A stretch of DNA of 64,000 nt from Eledone cirrhosa. Taxonomy: Eukaryota. Made by a program: the position numbers and the translations under genes. The notes under the pieces are model-generated. The model made no database searches, had not been told where the DNA came from, and worked only from the letters and a program-made list of their open reading frames with translations. This document shows, in pieces, positions 38,821-52,208 of the stretch (within the stretch, counting starts at the first letter, position 1; every line of letters begins with the position of its first letter). The stretch is taken from positions 23,374,001 to 23,438,000 of the forward strand of contig OZ024764.1 in the NCBI GenBank assembly GCA_964016885.1, in the 5' to 3' direction.

Positions 38821-39474
38821 ATGTAGAACATCTAACTAAACACTTTAACTAACAAACTATTGTGCTATAGAATTGACAAACTTGAGCAATGTTTAATAAA
38901 TGTTACAGATTTCTCCAAACTGTCGTTTACTAACTTTAATTTGAAGCTATGTTATCTATATACTACTAAAACTCTGTGATTGTGTCTTGTCTAATTTAAT
39001 ACAGCTAAAACAGTGCATAATGGGGAAATACTTTGAAAGGAATAAAACAATTTTTGTATAAATTGGAGCACAGGTTCCCAAGATACGGGGATTTCTGGGT
39101 ACCTTGATATATATAGGGAGAGAAAGAGATAGTGGCTGTGAGAGTGAGGAGACAGATGGAAGAGAGAGAGAGAGCTGGTGGTGTTGTTTAATAAAATGTG
39201 TGTTTGTGTATATATATATATATATACGTATGTGTATATTTTAACTATTTAAAAATCATTTTTAAATGACTTTTAAAAAATAATTTTAAGGGAACGTGAC
39301 CCAACAGGTCCCGGGTGGTCTAGTTTGCTACTAAATACTAGATATTAGAGGGTCATGTTGTTCTAGATGTGCTGGAAGAGCCATTCCATCTCGTGAGGTT
39401 CACCAGCAGCTAGCCACCTCAGCACCTATGGTGGTATATTTATTATATTATTTATTCTTTATCATTAACATTAA

Positions 39475-39890
39475 TAGTGTAGGCTGGGTGCTTTTTGTTG
39501 TGACACCTACATGACCACTTTATAGTGTGGACTGGGTACTTTTTGTTGTGACACCTACACGACCCCTTTAAAGTTTCGGCTGGGTACTTTTTGTTGTCAC
39601 CTACATGACCACTTTACAGTGTGGACTGGTTTCTTTTTGTCATATTACCTACATGACCACCTTATAGTGTTGGCTGTGAGTTCTTTGCAGTGTGGGCTGG
39701 TTTCTTTTTGTTATATCACCTACATGACCACCTTATAGTGTTGGCTGTGTGTTCTTTGCAGTGTGGGCTGGTTTCTTTTTGTCATATCACCTACATGACC
39801 ACCTTATAATGTTGACTGTGTATTCTCTATAGTGTGGGTTGGGTGCTTTTTGTCATATCTCCTACCCAACCACTTTGCAGTGTGGGCAGT
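39475..39890. repeat. 48-bp minisatellite
   Basis: Same unit family. Confidence 0.88.
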
Positions 39891-40711
39891 GAAAAATCAG
39901 TAATGCACCAGCTCCAATATTCAGTAATCAGAAGAAGGGAGGTAGGCATAAAAGCCAAACTTGCTGTCTTCAATTAGGTTTTTGTGCCAACCCTTACCTA
40001 TGGTCACATATCTTGGGTAATGACCAAAAGAATATGATTGGGAATACAAATGGCAGATATGGGATTCCTCTGAAGGGTCTTTGAAGGAACGTTTCTCAAT
40101 AAAGTGCATAGCTCTGAAATCAGAGAGTCACTCCAGGTGGAGCTGTTACTTCTCCGAATTGAGAGATCACAGCTGCAATACTATGGCCATGTGGTTAGAA
40201 TGTCTGAGGAAAGAATCACTGGATAGATTTTACAGGCAAAACTAATCGGCAGGAGACCCAGGGGTAGACCTGAGCAAGATGGTCACATAACATCCATGAG
40301 CTTGGCTGGTCTCTCTGGGAGATCCAGCCAGATCAGTTGGAGTGGGTTGCTTCTGACAGGACCTGTTGGAGGGAGTGTTTGAGGACTCTGCCCCCAAGAC
40401 CCTCTCTGGAATGACTGGATTAATAAGAAGAGGTTGAGGTTACATCATCAACATCAGATTTCCCTGCTAGCAAGGATTTAATGAGTCTACTTCAACCAAG
40501 TAAGTACTGAAGTGAGGCTACTGATCTCCCAGACAGACCAAGGATCTGAGACTTATTTACATAAGGTCTCATATGCTACTGAGTGCACAGAAAAGGTTGT
40601 CATGATTGAAGGGTTCTCCGACACTATTGTCGGGCAAGCTTTCTATGGCTAGATGTCCTTCACATGACCAACCACATTACAGCCTGTGTTGGGTGTGTTT
40701 ATCATGTAGGT

Positions 40712-43056
40712 GAGGCATAACAAACTGAGGGTTCCCCAAGGGCCACATAGGTCACATGTGTTGTCTGAGGGTTGCACACTACAACTAATTATGTACATTA
40801 CAACTAATTAAAGTCATTTAATAAAATATATTGCAGAAAGATTTGTTACTTAAATTTAGAAACATACAATGTACATACAAATGTTTTAGCAGCATTCATG
40901 AATACAAAGTAATGAAGTAGTTTGACAAAAAACTAAAATTTAACATGTCAACATATACTTGCAGATTGTAACAGCAACAAATACATTGTACACAAATAAC
41001 AACAGTTGAAAACTGAACATTTATTTGCTACTATTCAACCATTTTTAGTGTTTTGTCCTGAGGCTTGACACTTCTTTCTGTTGACAATGTTTGGTATGTC
41101 TGGCTGAAATGTTTGTACAGTTCCAACTTTGATCAGATGACAAGTGATGATCAGTCAGCCTTGTTCTCTGAGAAGTTTTTGTTAATTTCATGAAGGAAAA
41201 TAACTGTCCACTCACATAGGTAGAACCAAACATTGCCATAATCTTTGTGACAAACTTTCTGATGTTAATAAACTTTTCAGGAAGGTATGAAAAGAAACCA
41301 GGTATCCCCACTACAAGATACTTTGTTCTGAGTGTAGAATCTGACTGCATTTCCAATAGTTCCATCTGCAGGCATTCTTCTGCCTTCATCAAAGGTGAAT
41401 GGTGCTGAGAATAATGTAAACTGATGTTCAAAAAATGAGAAATCACAAAATCTTTCTTGAAATTTCTTTAACAACAATTCCAGGTGACTGTCATACTTAA
41501 CTAAGCTAAATACAGACTCAGTATTGGCAGTGTTTTTCAGTTCTTTGCACATAGGAAAATGAACTAAATTTTCATCTGACGACGGAGATTTCCATAAGCT
41601 TAGTTTTCTAATGAAGCACTTGATGTCATCATTCAACTGATTGATGGGTTTGTTTTAACCTTGTAATTTCAAATTAAGATCAGTTAATTGTGCAGTAATA
41701 TCCACAACAAAAGCCAGATGTTGGAGCCAACTTTCATCTTTTATTTCATCTGTGTTTTAACCTTTTCTCTCCAAAGACATAAATCTTTTCAGCACTTTGT
41801 GACATGTCAACCAGCAGACTTCTGTGTAGAATGGAACATCAGTGAACTGATTATCCATATCTTCCAACAACTGGCTGAACTGACGGTGGTTGAGAGCATG
41901 GCCTCTGATTTAGTTCACTGTGTTTGTGACCAAGCTAAGCACATGATGCAATTTTAAAATCTTTGAACATAAATTTTGTTGATGAATAATAGTGAAAATG
42001 TGCAAATGATGAATGTAGATATGAGTTTTCTATTTTTGTTTGTAACTTGGCAGCAACACCATTATGTCTACCAACCATATTTGCAGCACTGTCAGTAGAT
42101 AAACATGAAAGTTTACTCAGATCAAAACCATGCAGACCCTGCTTGACCTTCTCAAAGATGTCCTGGCTTGTTATAGTGTCATGCATGGGGACCAGTTCAA
42201 TCAGTCCTTCATAAATATTAAATTCACAGTCACAGGTCCTGGTGAAGAATGCAAGCTGTACTATTCCAGTGATGTCAACAGTCTCATCAATAGCAATAGA
42301 AACATGTTCAAACCTTGATGATACAGCCTTTAACTGTTGTTTCAGATCACCTGACATTTCATTAATCTGTTCAGCAACATTTTTCCTGGTTAATGAAATG
42401 TCTTTGAATAACTCTGCTTTCTCTGGACAATTTCAGCTGTTTTTACAAGACATTGCTTTACAAAATCTCCTTCACTGTAAGATTTCCCACTCATGGCAAT
42501 CATTTGACTGAGTTCATAGCTTGCAGTAACGGAAGTGACATCCTCTTCCTGAATTAACATAAAACAGGTCTATTGCTGTGTCAAGTTAGACTTCAATTCC
42601 TTGAGTCTTGAACCACACATTGGGCCTTCATATTTATCGTAAGATCGAGGGTTTGTTTCATAATGTCTTTTTAAATTGTACTCTTTTGGCGTGGCAATGT
42701 AGTTGTTGCAAATTAAACAGTGTATCTTTCTGTTCGCCGTTGGGCAAAAATACTGTAATTCCCACTTTTCTTGAAACACTTGCCCTTCTTCGTTCAATTT
42801 CCTTTTTCTCTTAGCTGGAGGAGCACTAACCATTTCAAAAACGAAATCTTATGAAATTTTGAAAGAAAGTTTTCTGTTAATGAGCTGCACGTGATTAATG
42901 GAAGTTAAAAGTAGTTGACAAAATTTGCAAAAAAAAAATAATTGTATCGAAAATGTTTTAAATTTTATATTACGAAAATGAAACATGCTCGCACTGTAAA
43001 ACCCTTAGTGTGGGCCGTAGGTTTGCTTGCCAAGGGCCGCATGTTTGACATGTCTG
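40712..43056 (-). mobile_element. Full-extent hAT (Buster/SPIN-like) transposon with pseudogenised transposase
   Basis: 8-bp TSD atgtaggt at 40704-40711 and 43057-43064; imperfect TIRs gaggcataacaaac / gtttgacatgtctg; ORF pieces 42570-42833 (FQEKWE.QYF...CLIC...KEYNLKRHY), 41935-42357, 41045-41636 (MFGSTY). Confidence 0.93.
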
Positions 43057-43149
43057 ATGTAGGTTACGAACACTAGGGAGGGCAGCATGTCCTTCAGTGT
43101 GTTCTGCTACATTAACTACCAGGAGGTCACCACATGTGACAAAGACAAC

Positions 43150-43560
43150 ATTTCAAAGAAGGGTCATAAAAGAACTAAATACGAAAGTACCCACATCAAA
43201 AAGCAAATAATTGAGCTTTGGGTCTAGGTCAAGGGGCAGAAGTGCTGTACCCTGTGGATAAGACTGGAAAAGTATTCGCCCCGGACGATGGACAGTGACA
43301 CCCACTGCAACAGCCACCCCAACCTCATGGGGCTCCCTCTTCAGAAGAGCCACCAACGTTCTGATCTTACAGAGGAGCTTGGCAGTACGGGGTCCAAGTA
43401 CTTCTGAGGTCTCCATGGTGACTGGTGTGAAGAGACCTACAATTGATGTCATCCCAGTTATGTTGGACTGTAATATACTGGGGTATAGAGAGGCCTTAGC
43501 CTGTCTCAGCCGAGCCACCCAGGGTTGTGTCATCTAGGTACCAGACAGGGGTAACTAGAC
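43150..43560 (-). mobile_element. Diverged RLE-type retroelement 3' fragment
   Basis: ORF 43153-43533 FTPVTMETSEVLGPRTAKLL..I...EPHE resembles the F.PVA.ET.G..G RLE motif. Confidence 0.5.
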
Positions 43561-43867
43561 CATGTTGTCAACTGTCAACACCAATAGGAGTGAGGCGAGT
43601 GGGTCCCCTTGCTAGACACCATATATAAAACGTATTTGCTAATTACTTTAATGAATAATTTGTTTCATACGTAATTATTACTTTTAACACGATAGGATTT
43701 TGTACACGTGTTTGTTTGAAAACATCTTTCAAAGAAGTATGAGACAGTCTTTTGTAGTGTTTATTATAATAAATTACTGTATGTTGAGCTGTTTTAACTT
43801 CTCCACCTTCTATTATTTGATATTGTTTTTGTAAAAAAACGATATCTTTTTCATATATATATATGAA

Positions 43868-44078
43868 TGCGTGTGGCTGAGTAGTTAGAGAATTGGATTC
43901 GGAATTGTGAGGTTGTGAGTTCGATTCTCAGACTGGGCTATGCGTTATGTCCTTGAGCAAGACATTTTATTTCACGTTGCTCCTTCTACCTGGAGTTGCG
44001 ACCGATAGATAGTATTAGCAATTGGAAAGACCAATGGAAACATTGTTTCCTCGGTCCGATTTGACGAAAAGTCGATCA
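43868..44078 (+). mobile_element. tRNA-derived SINE
   Basis: A-box tggctgagtagttag, B-box gttcgattct, then tgtccttgagcaagaca. Confidence 0.8.
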
Positions 44079-45112
44079 TAAAAAATATATATAGAGAGAG
44101 AGAAACACACAAACGCACACTACTGTATTACATATGTCAGGGGAGACAACTCTCGTTACATCCCCCCTTCTTTTTGATATACGTCCTTTAAATACTTTGT
44201 TCAATGGAATCTACTTTATTTTGTGTCCTAAGTAGATTTCTGTTTAAGTATTTACGAGATTCACAATGATTCACGTAACCAAGTTACTTACATAGAGATA
44301 TATTTCACATAGAATCACAACAAATGAAAATATTAAGTCAACACTCTGTCAATCAGTCTCACATCACATGGGGTGCCGGAGTCTCCCTCTAATACTTTCT
44401 GAGACAGTCTTACCTCGAGTGATAGCAAGGCTAAGATGTTGGAACTACCAAACAGCCTCATATGTATCATCTGACACCTCGGTAAGGAGAGCTGCCAACG
44501 ATAACAAGAACCTCGTTGTCAGGGACCTATCTCCTCCAAACTTCTCCAACACCACAGACTAGAATATTCTACTGTTTATTCCCTATCAAATATATTTCAG
44601 TCTAGTCATTTATCTTGTATCTTGTATATGTATTTTCAAAACTAACTGTCACATTTGTGAGACCCCACTTAGTGATGTTTTTCTCTCCCTCCCACATCCT
44701 ACATGCTGTAGTAAAAGTGAGGGTCACTGCTTCTGTAGACGAACGAAATAAAAGTTAAACTACCAGTAATTATCGGCAAAGTATTTATTCCAGTCTGTGA
44801 TGTTTGAGAAGCTGGGCTGTGACAACGAAGTTGTTGTCACTGTTGGCGGCTGGCTTTACCGAAGTACCCGATGACTCTTGTGAGGGTACTTAGCTGTTCT
44901 GGCGGTTTAGCCTCCATGACATGATTTTACTGAGATACCCGGTGATCTCTGTCAGGGTACTTAGCTGTTCTGGCGGTTTAGCCTCCATATGACCCGATCT
45001 TACCGAGATACCCGGTGATCTCTGTCAGGGTACTTAGCTGTTCTGGCAACTTAGCCCCCATATGACCCGATTTACCGAAGTACCCGGTCATCTCTGTAAT
45101 AGTACTTAGCTG

Positions 45113-45762
45113 GGCATAGGTTAAGTTTTACGTCCTCGAAAATGAAACTAGGTTTTCTGACATGTGAATGTGTTTTTTTTTTTTTACAATGAAATTTACG
45201 ATACACTCTTTTGTTTATTTACAACAGGTCTCTATAGTGATATGGTGTTAATTAGTATTGCGTGTGTGATTATTTTCTCTTATATATATATGTGTGGGTG
45301 TGTATATGTGTGTATATATATGTGTGTCTGTATGTATATATATATATGTGTTTTGTATATATATATGTGTTTGTGTCATCATCATCGTTTACATGTTTTT
45401 ACCCAAATCCCTTATCATTCTCTGTCCTTCCTATGACCCGGCCTTAATTTGTTTATAGTTGGTGCCAACTTTGGCAAGATATTACAAAAACATCTAAACG
45501 ATGATGATGACACAAACACATATATATATACAAACACACACATATATATATATACATACAGACACACATATACACAGCCACACATATATATATAAGAAAT
45601 AATAATCACACACGCAATACTAATTAACACCATATCACTATAGAGACCTGTTGTAAATAAACAAAGAGTGTATCGTAAATTTCATTGTAAAAAAACAAAA
45701 AACACATTCACTTGTCAGAAAACCTAGTTTCATTTTCGAGGCCGTAAAACTTAACCTATGCC
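45113..45762. mobile_element. Foldback MITE with ~285-bp inverted arms (Merlin-like parse)
   Basis: ggcataggttaagttttacg... / ...cgtaaaacttaacctatgcc; TSD cttagctg (45105-45112, 45763-45770); empty site at ~26921. Confidence 0.9.
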
Positions 45763-45851
45763 CTTAGCTGTTCTATTTTAATTACATTTACTGATTTCAA
45801 CTTTCATTTTTTTATTACAAACTTTACATAATTTAATTCCGTAAAAATATT

Positions 45852-45984
45852 TTACGTCACAAAAAAATCATGAAGCATGCGCAGTGGTGCAGTTGTCGAC
45901 TTCCTGTCCACGTGTTAGTCTTCCTACAACAACATTTAGACAACATTTCTGTAAATACTAAACACCTGAGACTATAATGTAAGT
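45852..45984 (+). promoter_or_regulatory. Putative promoter and non-coding exon 1 of ZNF gene 3
   Basis: Same motif cluster; donor GTAAGT at 45979. Confidence 0.6.
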
Positions 45985-47049
45985 ATTATGTCTATTAATA
46001 TTGTAGATTTAAGCTCACTTTTCACATCACAAATATATATTTTCTTGTTTGTTTCATTACTGGAAATATAAAATGTTATCGTAATTATCTATATTTTACC
46101 TACCTCTAATTAATTAAAGTGAAAACTTTTGTTGTTGCTGAAAAATAAATTAACAAAACTAAATATTTAAATATTCTAAAGGTCGTTTTTATATTATGTG
46201 ATGATATAATTAATATATTTTATTACAATTGTATAAATTTACAGTAGAATAACGTTGTAAATATGTTTTAAATATATACATAAATAACATAAGTGTGTAA
46301 ATAACATTATAAATTGCTGGCAATTCCTTGAGAAAGACATTACAAATATATTGTCTAAACTGTGTATAATAATATAATTTATTGAACAATAATGATAAAG
46401 GAAAGAAAAACACAGTGGGAGATGGCAATTCACCACCAAACGAGGTAAACATTTTCAACTTACCCCTTTTTTTGCTTTGTCCGAGACAACTCAAAATATT
46501 CTTCAAGGAACTGGATTTTCCATTCGGTTGGATCGAACGGATTTTACCATTTATAATCTACGGAGAGGAATAACAGATGTTCGGAGGAAAAAAGAATTGT
46601 TTGTGGCAACAACGTAGGGAACCAACCTGGAGCAATTGTATCACACAATTATACTTTCCTCCTTAACATACACTTACAATTTTTCAAAATCAAACCCCCC
46701 AAATATAAAATATAAATAATTATAAATGGCGAGGAACCATCCCATCTCCCTCTTGAAATAACCTGAATCTATTTATAGTCAGGTGTGACTGAAAGGTCAA
46801 TCCATACTTCCATTCTATTTCACAGAATTAGAAGCTTTGACCACTTGATAGAATTCAGGTCCAGTAATGTAATCACTCCGTAATTGTAAACATCTTGTAT
46901 CACTATCATTCAGGTTTTGATTTTACTTAAGTCTTGACAATGTTTTTTTTCTTTTTTCTTTTTTACACCAACTCACAATTTCGGTTTTTACTGCGGATTT
47001 ACCCATGCGAACTATTACACAAACTCACAGCCTTAGATTTTGTATTTCT

Positions 47050-48960
47050 AGCGTTTTTATTTTCCTTCTCTTTGCATGTTCAGTGCTCTTTCTCTCCCAC
47101 TGTATTTATCTGCCTCTCACATGACCACACTCCTCTCCACGTACTCATCATCTTCTCACTCCTTCTACACCTTCCAACGCTGGCCCTCTACTGCCGGCTG
47201 TTGCCAGCCCGCCACCTGATTGCGCCATCTGTGCCCGCACTAACCAGTACTTAAAGACAATTAAATGTCACCTATGCCACACAAGCTACCACAGAAGCAT
47301 GTGTCAGCATCACCAAAGCTCAAGCCGAAAGGCTTCAACACTGGACCTGTCATCGGTGCCACTTCAGCTCTGACTATTCCGTGGGGATGATCAACACTCT
47401 ACCGACGACTTTGCCACAGCCCCCCTGGGCTTCTCCAAATCAAAGCTCCTTAGGAGTCCCGATCACAGACCTGGCCTTCGAGTCAACCATCCAATCGAAG
47501 ATGGTTGGCCTTGAGCAGCTGCTGAGGAATATTGAAGATATCGAACCCCATCAAAGTTTCTTCTTACTCAGGAACTACCTGTCTATTCCTAAGCTTCTGT
47601 ATCTGCTCAGGGTCAGCCCCTCTCACAGATTTCCATCCTGCCTCCAACGCTTCGACGACCTAATCTTCGAGAGACTCGAGTGTCTGGTCAATGTTAGTAA
47701 GTGTTCGTCCCTCTCTCTCCCCTGCTTCCTTTCCTCCACCCAAGCTTGCAGCATCCTCTCCTCTCCAACATGGACTAGTTCCAACAGGGAGTTGTGTGAA
47801 GCTCTCCAGCAATGAAGTGAGTTGGGCTTGTCTCTTCCTGAGAAGGTGGAGGACAGTCGAAGTCAGTAGAACTTGGGACGGGATACGTTGGAATGCCACC
47901 TTCGACTCCCTCTTCGTCCTCTCAGATCAGTTTACAAGGTGCCGCTTACCATCTGCCAGCGCCAAATACTCCGGTGACTGGGTCGATGCCTTACCCGTAG
48001 CCAACGTTGGAGGCCTACTCAGCCTGGATGAAGTTCGTGTCTCCATCACCCTCAGAGTGGGAGCTGACGTCTGCATGGGTTTGAGATGTGGCTAACTCCT
48101 CGACTCCACAGGCCTCCACGGTCTTTCTTGCTGCCTGAATGCCGGCCTCTTCGCCCGTCACACGGAGCTAAACTTTATTCTGAAGAGAGCTTTGGCCCGG
48201 GCAAACATCTCCTCAGTCTTGGAACCATCTTGGTTGTCCAGAAGTGACGGCAAAAGACCTGACGGCCTTACCCTGTGCCCCTGGTCGAGAGGCAGGTGCT
48301 TAATCTGGGACGTCACTGTTAGTGACTCCTTTGCTCTTTCCCACATCCTTGATGCTGCGGTAAGGACGAGAGCCACAGTTTCGGCAGACAAGCGGAGTAA
48401 GACCCTCAAATACTCTGATCTGTCGGCCAGCTACATTTTTCAGCCTGTGGCTTTCGAGACGTTTGGGGGAGTCGGGCCGCTGACTGCGAGGTTCCTTTCC
48501 TCACTGGCGGCTCGCCTTATAGAGGTAACTGGCGAAATCGCGAGGGCGCTTGGCTGTTCCAGCACCTCAACCTCGCCATCACCCGAGGTAACACTGCCAG
48601 TGTGCTGGCTTGCCTCAAAACTCATTAGAGAGGTTTCCCAGTACCCCTCGTTGCTGTCTTTTGCTCTGGTGTTGGCTCCGTTGTCCACCCCTTCCTTTAC
48701 ATTTTCTTTAATATTGCAACATTGAAGGAATTTATCTTTCATTGTATCATCCTTTATAGTGTTACCGAGGCATTTGTAATGTTATTTATATATTTAAAAC
48801 ATATTTCTTATGTTATTCTACTGTAAATTTATTTATATGCTCTGTTTATATATTCATTCTGAAGTAACTTATCCACTTGTGTTGATATAAGTGATTCTAT
48901 GACTTTCCTCTAAGCATTGTGTCATTATATATGTTATTATAAACGTGAATAAATTGAATT
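47050..48960 (+). mobile_element. CRE-like RLE retroelement relic, copy 3
   Basis: ORF 48192-48725 with RLE motifs; nearly identical to copy 1. Confidence 0.8.
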
Positions 48961-50204
48961 TATAGTGTGATAATAACCCTAGGGGTTAACTACACACTTT
49001 GAGGCAAGCCAACACACTGGCAGCATTACAACGGGTGATGGTGAGGCTAAGGTGCTTAAATAACCAGGTACCCTCACGGGTATCACCTGACGCCTCTATA
49101 AGGTGAGGCTAAGGTGCTGAGATAACCAGGTACTCTTACGGATATCACCTGACACCTCAGTAAGGTGAGGCTACGGTGCTGAAATAACCAGGTACCCTCA
49201 CGGAAACGACTAGATTTGTAGAAAAAGTAGGGTGAAAGTATACAAAGAGATGTAGTTTCACAGATCTACTCACACCTCACGTTGGGTGAGAATAATTATT
49301 TATCTTAGAATTCTTGCTATACCCCTTTTCCAGTATTTTTTCTCTGGACCCCTTAGATACTTGCGATAGACGTTTTATTCCCCAGTATTAGGATTAGGGT
49401 TTCCGTTTTCAGGAAGAAAAGTCGATTGCAAACATCTAAGAGTTCGAGCAATAAAATTAAGGAAAGATAATTATTTCCCAGCCAACTGGAGAAGTGTGTA
49501 GCTCTTCTAAACTCCGATAATCCTGTCTCCCACTTCTTTATCTACAAATCTAGTCGTTTCCTGCTACTTTGTTCCCTGGGGTATGCCTTAGTATTTGACA
49601 CCATCTATCTGTCTTACTCCCTAACTAGAAAGAAGTCAATCTGTCTCATGTGCTCACCTGATTGGTAGGTTATTAGGTGGTTGGTAGGTTTCTTGAAGTG
49701 TTGCAAATGGTTAGTTCACTTGCATCACAAAATACAAGAAGCCTCACTCCTCCTTCATTTCTTGAGCCATAACCATGACCACCATGTACCCCAGTGTATC
49801 CATCCTGGAGCTGTCCAACATGACCATGGTAGTCCCCTGCTATTATAATTAGGTCTCTGTCATTGTGGTTATCTCTACTTATTCCTTTTCTACATATGGA
49901 GCAGGGCCACTTTCCTGAAGGTGTCAGGGTCTTCTCTCCTATCCATTAGCACTTTAGTTTTGGCTAAGTATATTCTCAGAACTTACCATTTCAAATTCTA
50001 TATCTATAGCTGGTCATCTACATAGAGAAGTTTCCATAGACAGCCAGTCTTAAACCTCTCTGTTATGGCTTGGAGAACTATGATGAACAACAGTGGGCTA
50101 AGAACTAAACCATGATGAACTCCTACCTGTACCTTCAATTCTTCACTAGACACACTTTACTGACAGCTTCTCACAAGGCATTCTTCTACACCTAATTTCC
50201 TTAA

Positions 50205-52204
50205 CCCTTTAGTATATAAACTGGCCATATCTGGCCAGAATTCTCCCACATCTTTCTGTTCAAACTGGCCATAATTAAATAATAATAACAATAATGAAAT
50301 ATTGTGTACAGTGCCCAGGTGCACCACAATTCATCAAAAAAGTGCATGTACAGTACATAGGGCAATGCACAAACATCAGTAAAATGAACGGTGCACGAGT
50401 CATGATACACACGTGTGCATGTGTATGGAAGGGGTACATCAGGTGTAGTTTTGGCATATTTCGGGAAGCATGAGTGTCTTAAAGGATGCAGTGTCTCGGC
50501 AGATAACAACTGACGCAGGCAGTTTGTTCCCTACTTCAGCAACTCTGAACGTGAAAAAATGTCTACGAAAGTCATGGGAGCTGTGCTGTTTTCTGATCTT
50601 GTAGGCATGTCCACGTGTGTTAGACACATGGAGATCAAAGAGGTGCTCAGGGTTGCAATTGGCGAGATGGTTAAAAACTTTGTGGGCATTCACCAAGTCC
50701 ATTGCCAGACGTCGGAGCTTCAATGAATTCATGCTCAGGGAAGCAAGGCGTTCAGAGTATGGTAGGTGTCTGATGGAGGGTATGCGCTTGGTTGCACGTC
50801 TCTGAACAGTTTCCAGGAGGTCAATGTTCTGAGCAAGATAGGGGTTCTAGACTGATGATGTGAATTCCAAGTGTGGTCGTACCATAGCTGTATACAGTTT
50901 TAAATAGATGGCTGGAGAGCGGCTAACAAAGGTCTTGCTGAGTGATGCCAAGACACCCTCGGCCTTCTTGACAATCTTAGAGACATGCTTTGTCCAACGC
51001 AAATCGTTGCTGACAGTAATGCCCAGGTCACGTTCACAAGAGGAATTTTTGATATCAGTGTTGTGGAGGGAGTATGTGGACGCTGGATTTTTCCTTCCAA
51101 AATGCATGGTGGTACACTTGTCCACAGCCAGCTTCAGTTGCCAGTCTGTGATCCATTGCTGCATTGTGTCCAGGTCTGATTGTAGGAAAGAGTTGTAAAT
51201 TTCAGGATCAGTCCTTTTGATTTCAAGGTACAGCTTGATGTCATCTGCATATTTCAGTACCGTGGCATTCTGTAAGTTGGCATCTATGTCATTAATATAT
51301 GCCACAAACAAAAGAGGACCAAGAACAGATCCCTGTGATACACCAGATGACATCTCATATGGTGAAGAATGCTGACCTAGAACCGTGACTACTTCTTTTC
51401 TGCTGAGAATGAAGGATTTCAACCAGTCGAAAAGATCATCCCTCACACCCATTGCAGAGAGTTTTGCCATAAGTCTTTTGTGTGGCACAGAATTAAAAGC
51501 CTTAGCAAAGTCAAGGTAAACAACATACACCCATGAGCTGCTGTCAGTGATCCGGGTGATGTCCTCAAGGAACTCGATAAGCTGATCACAGCAGCTGGAG
51601 TTAGGGATAAATCCAAACTGTGAGGGCCGGATGAGGCTGTGAGAGCTCCAGAAGTTCCAAAGTGTTTCTCTGACACAGGATTCCATCAGTTTGGCCATAC
51701 AGCTAGTAAGACTGACTGGACGATAGTTGACAGGTGACATGCCGTTGCTCTTTTTGAACAGGGGAATGACACTGGCAGTTTTCCACTGCTCCGGAGTAGC
51801 ACCATTGTCGAGACAGTATTGAAAGAAGAAAGAAAGCTGGCGCAAAAGGAAATCCCCGCCACGTTTGAGAAGCAGGTATGTCACACCATCAAGACCAGGG
51901 GGGGCATAGTTGCGCTTATTCTTAAGGTGACGTCACAACATTGCAGGTGTAAATTCCATAGTTGTTATGGAATTTGATGTTAGAGATGGTGGAGATGGTA
52001 CATTCTGGTTTTCAACAGTAAAAATACTTGCATAGCACTCAGCAACGAGTTCTGCGCATTACTTGATTGGTCACTTATACTTATGTTAAGGTATTGTTCT
52101 CAATATAAATAACATGAAAATCTCATAGATTTGATATTATGAGAGATAAAGCATTTACTGTGAAAATATAATAGTAAATATAAAGTAATGTGAATACTAA
52201 AGGG
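50205..52204. mobile_element. piggyBac-type MITE split by CR1, copy in cassette 3
   Basis: TTAA|ccctttagtat at 50201; atactaaaggg|TTAA ending at 52208. Confidence 0.7.
50275..52078 (-). mobile_element. CR1-group LINE, 5'-truncated (ORFs 50847-51884, 50439-50732)
   Basis: RT motifs as in 31179-32426; TGG>TAG stop at 50847. Confidence 0.92.
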
Positions 52205-52208
52205 TTAA

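Noticed and set aside
40712-43056. Host genes GTF2IRD2/EPM2AIP1 (and TIGD1 for the Tigger copies)
   Set aside because: TIRs, TSDs and multiple stops/frameshifts show these are dead transposons
43868-43940. tRNA gene
   Set aside because: A/B boxes are present, but there is no convincing cloverleaf and the sequence continues into a SINE body
45164-45633. ORFs within the foldback element and within the microsatellite at 58911-59308
   Set aside because: Low-complexity TA/TG translations
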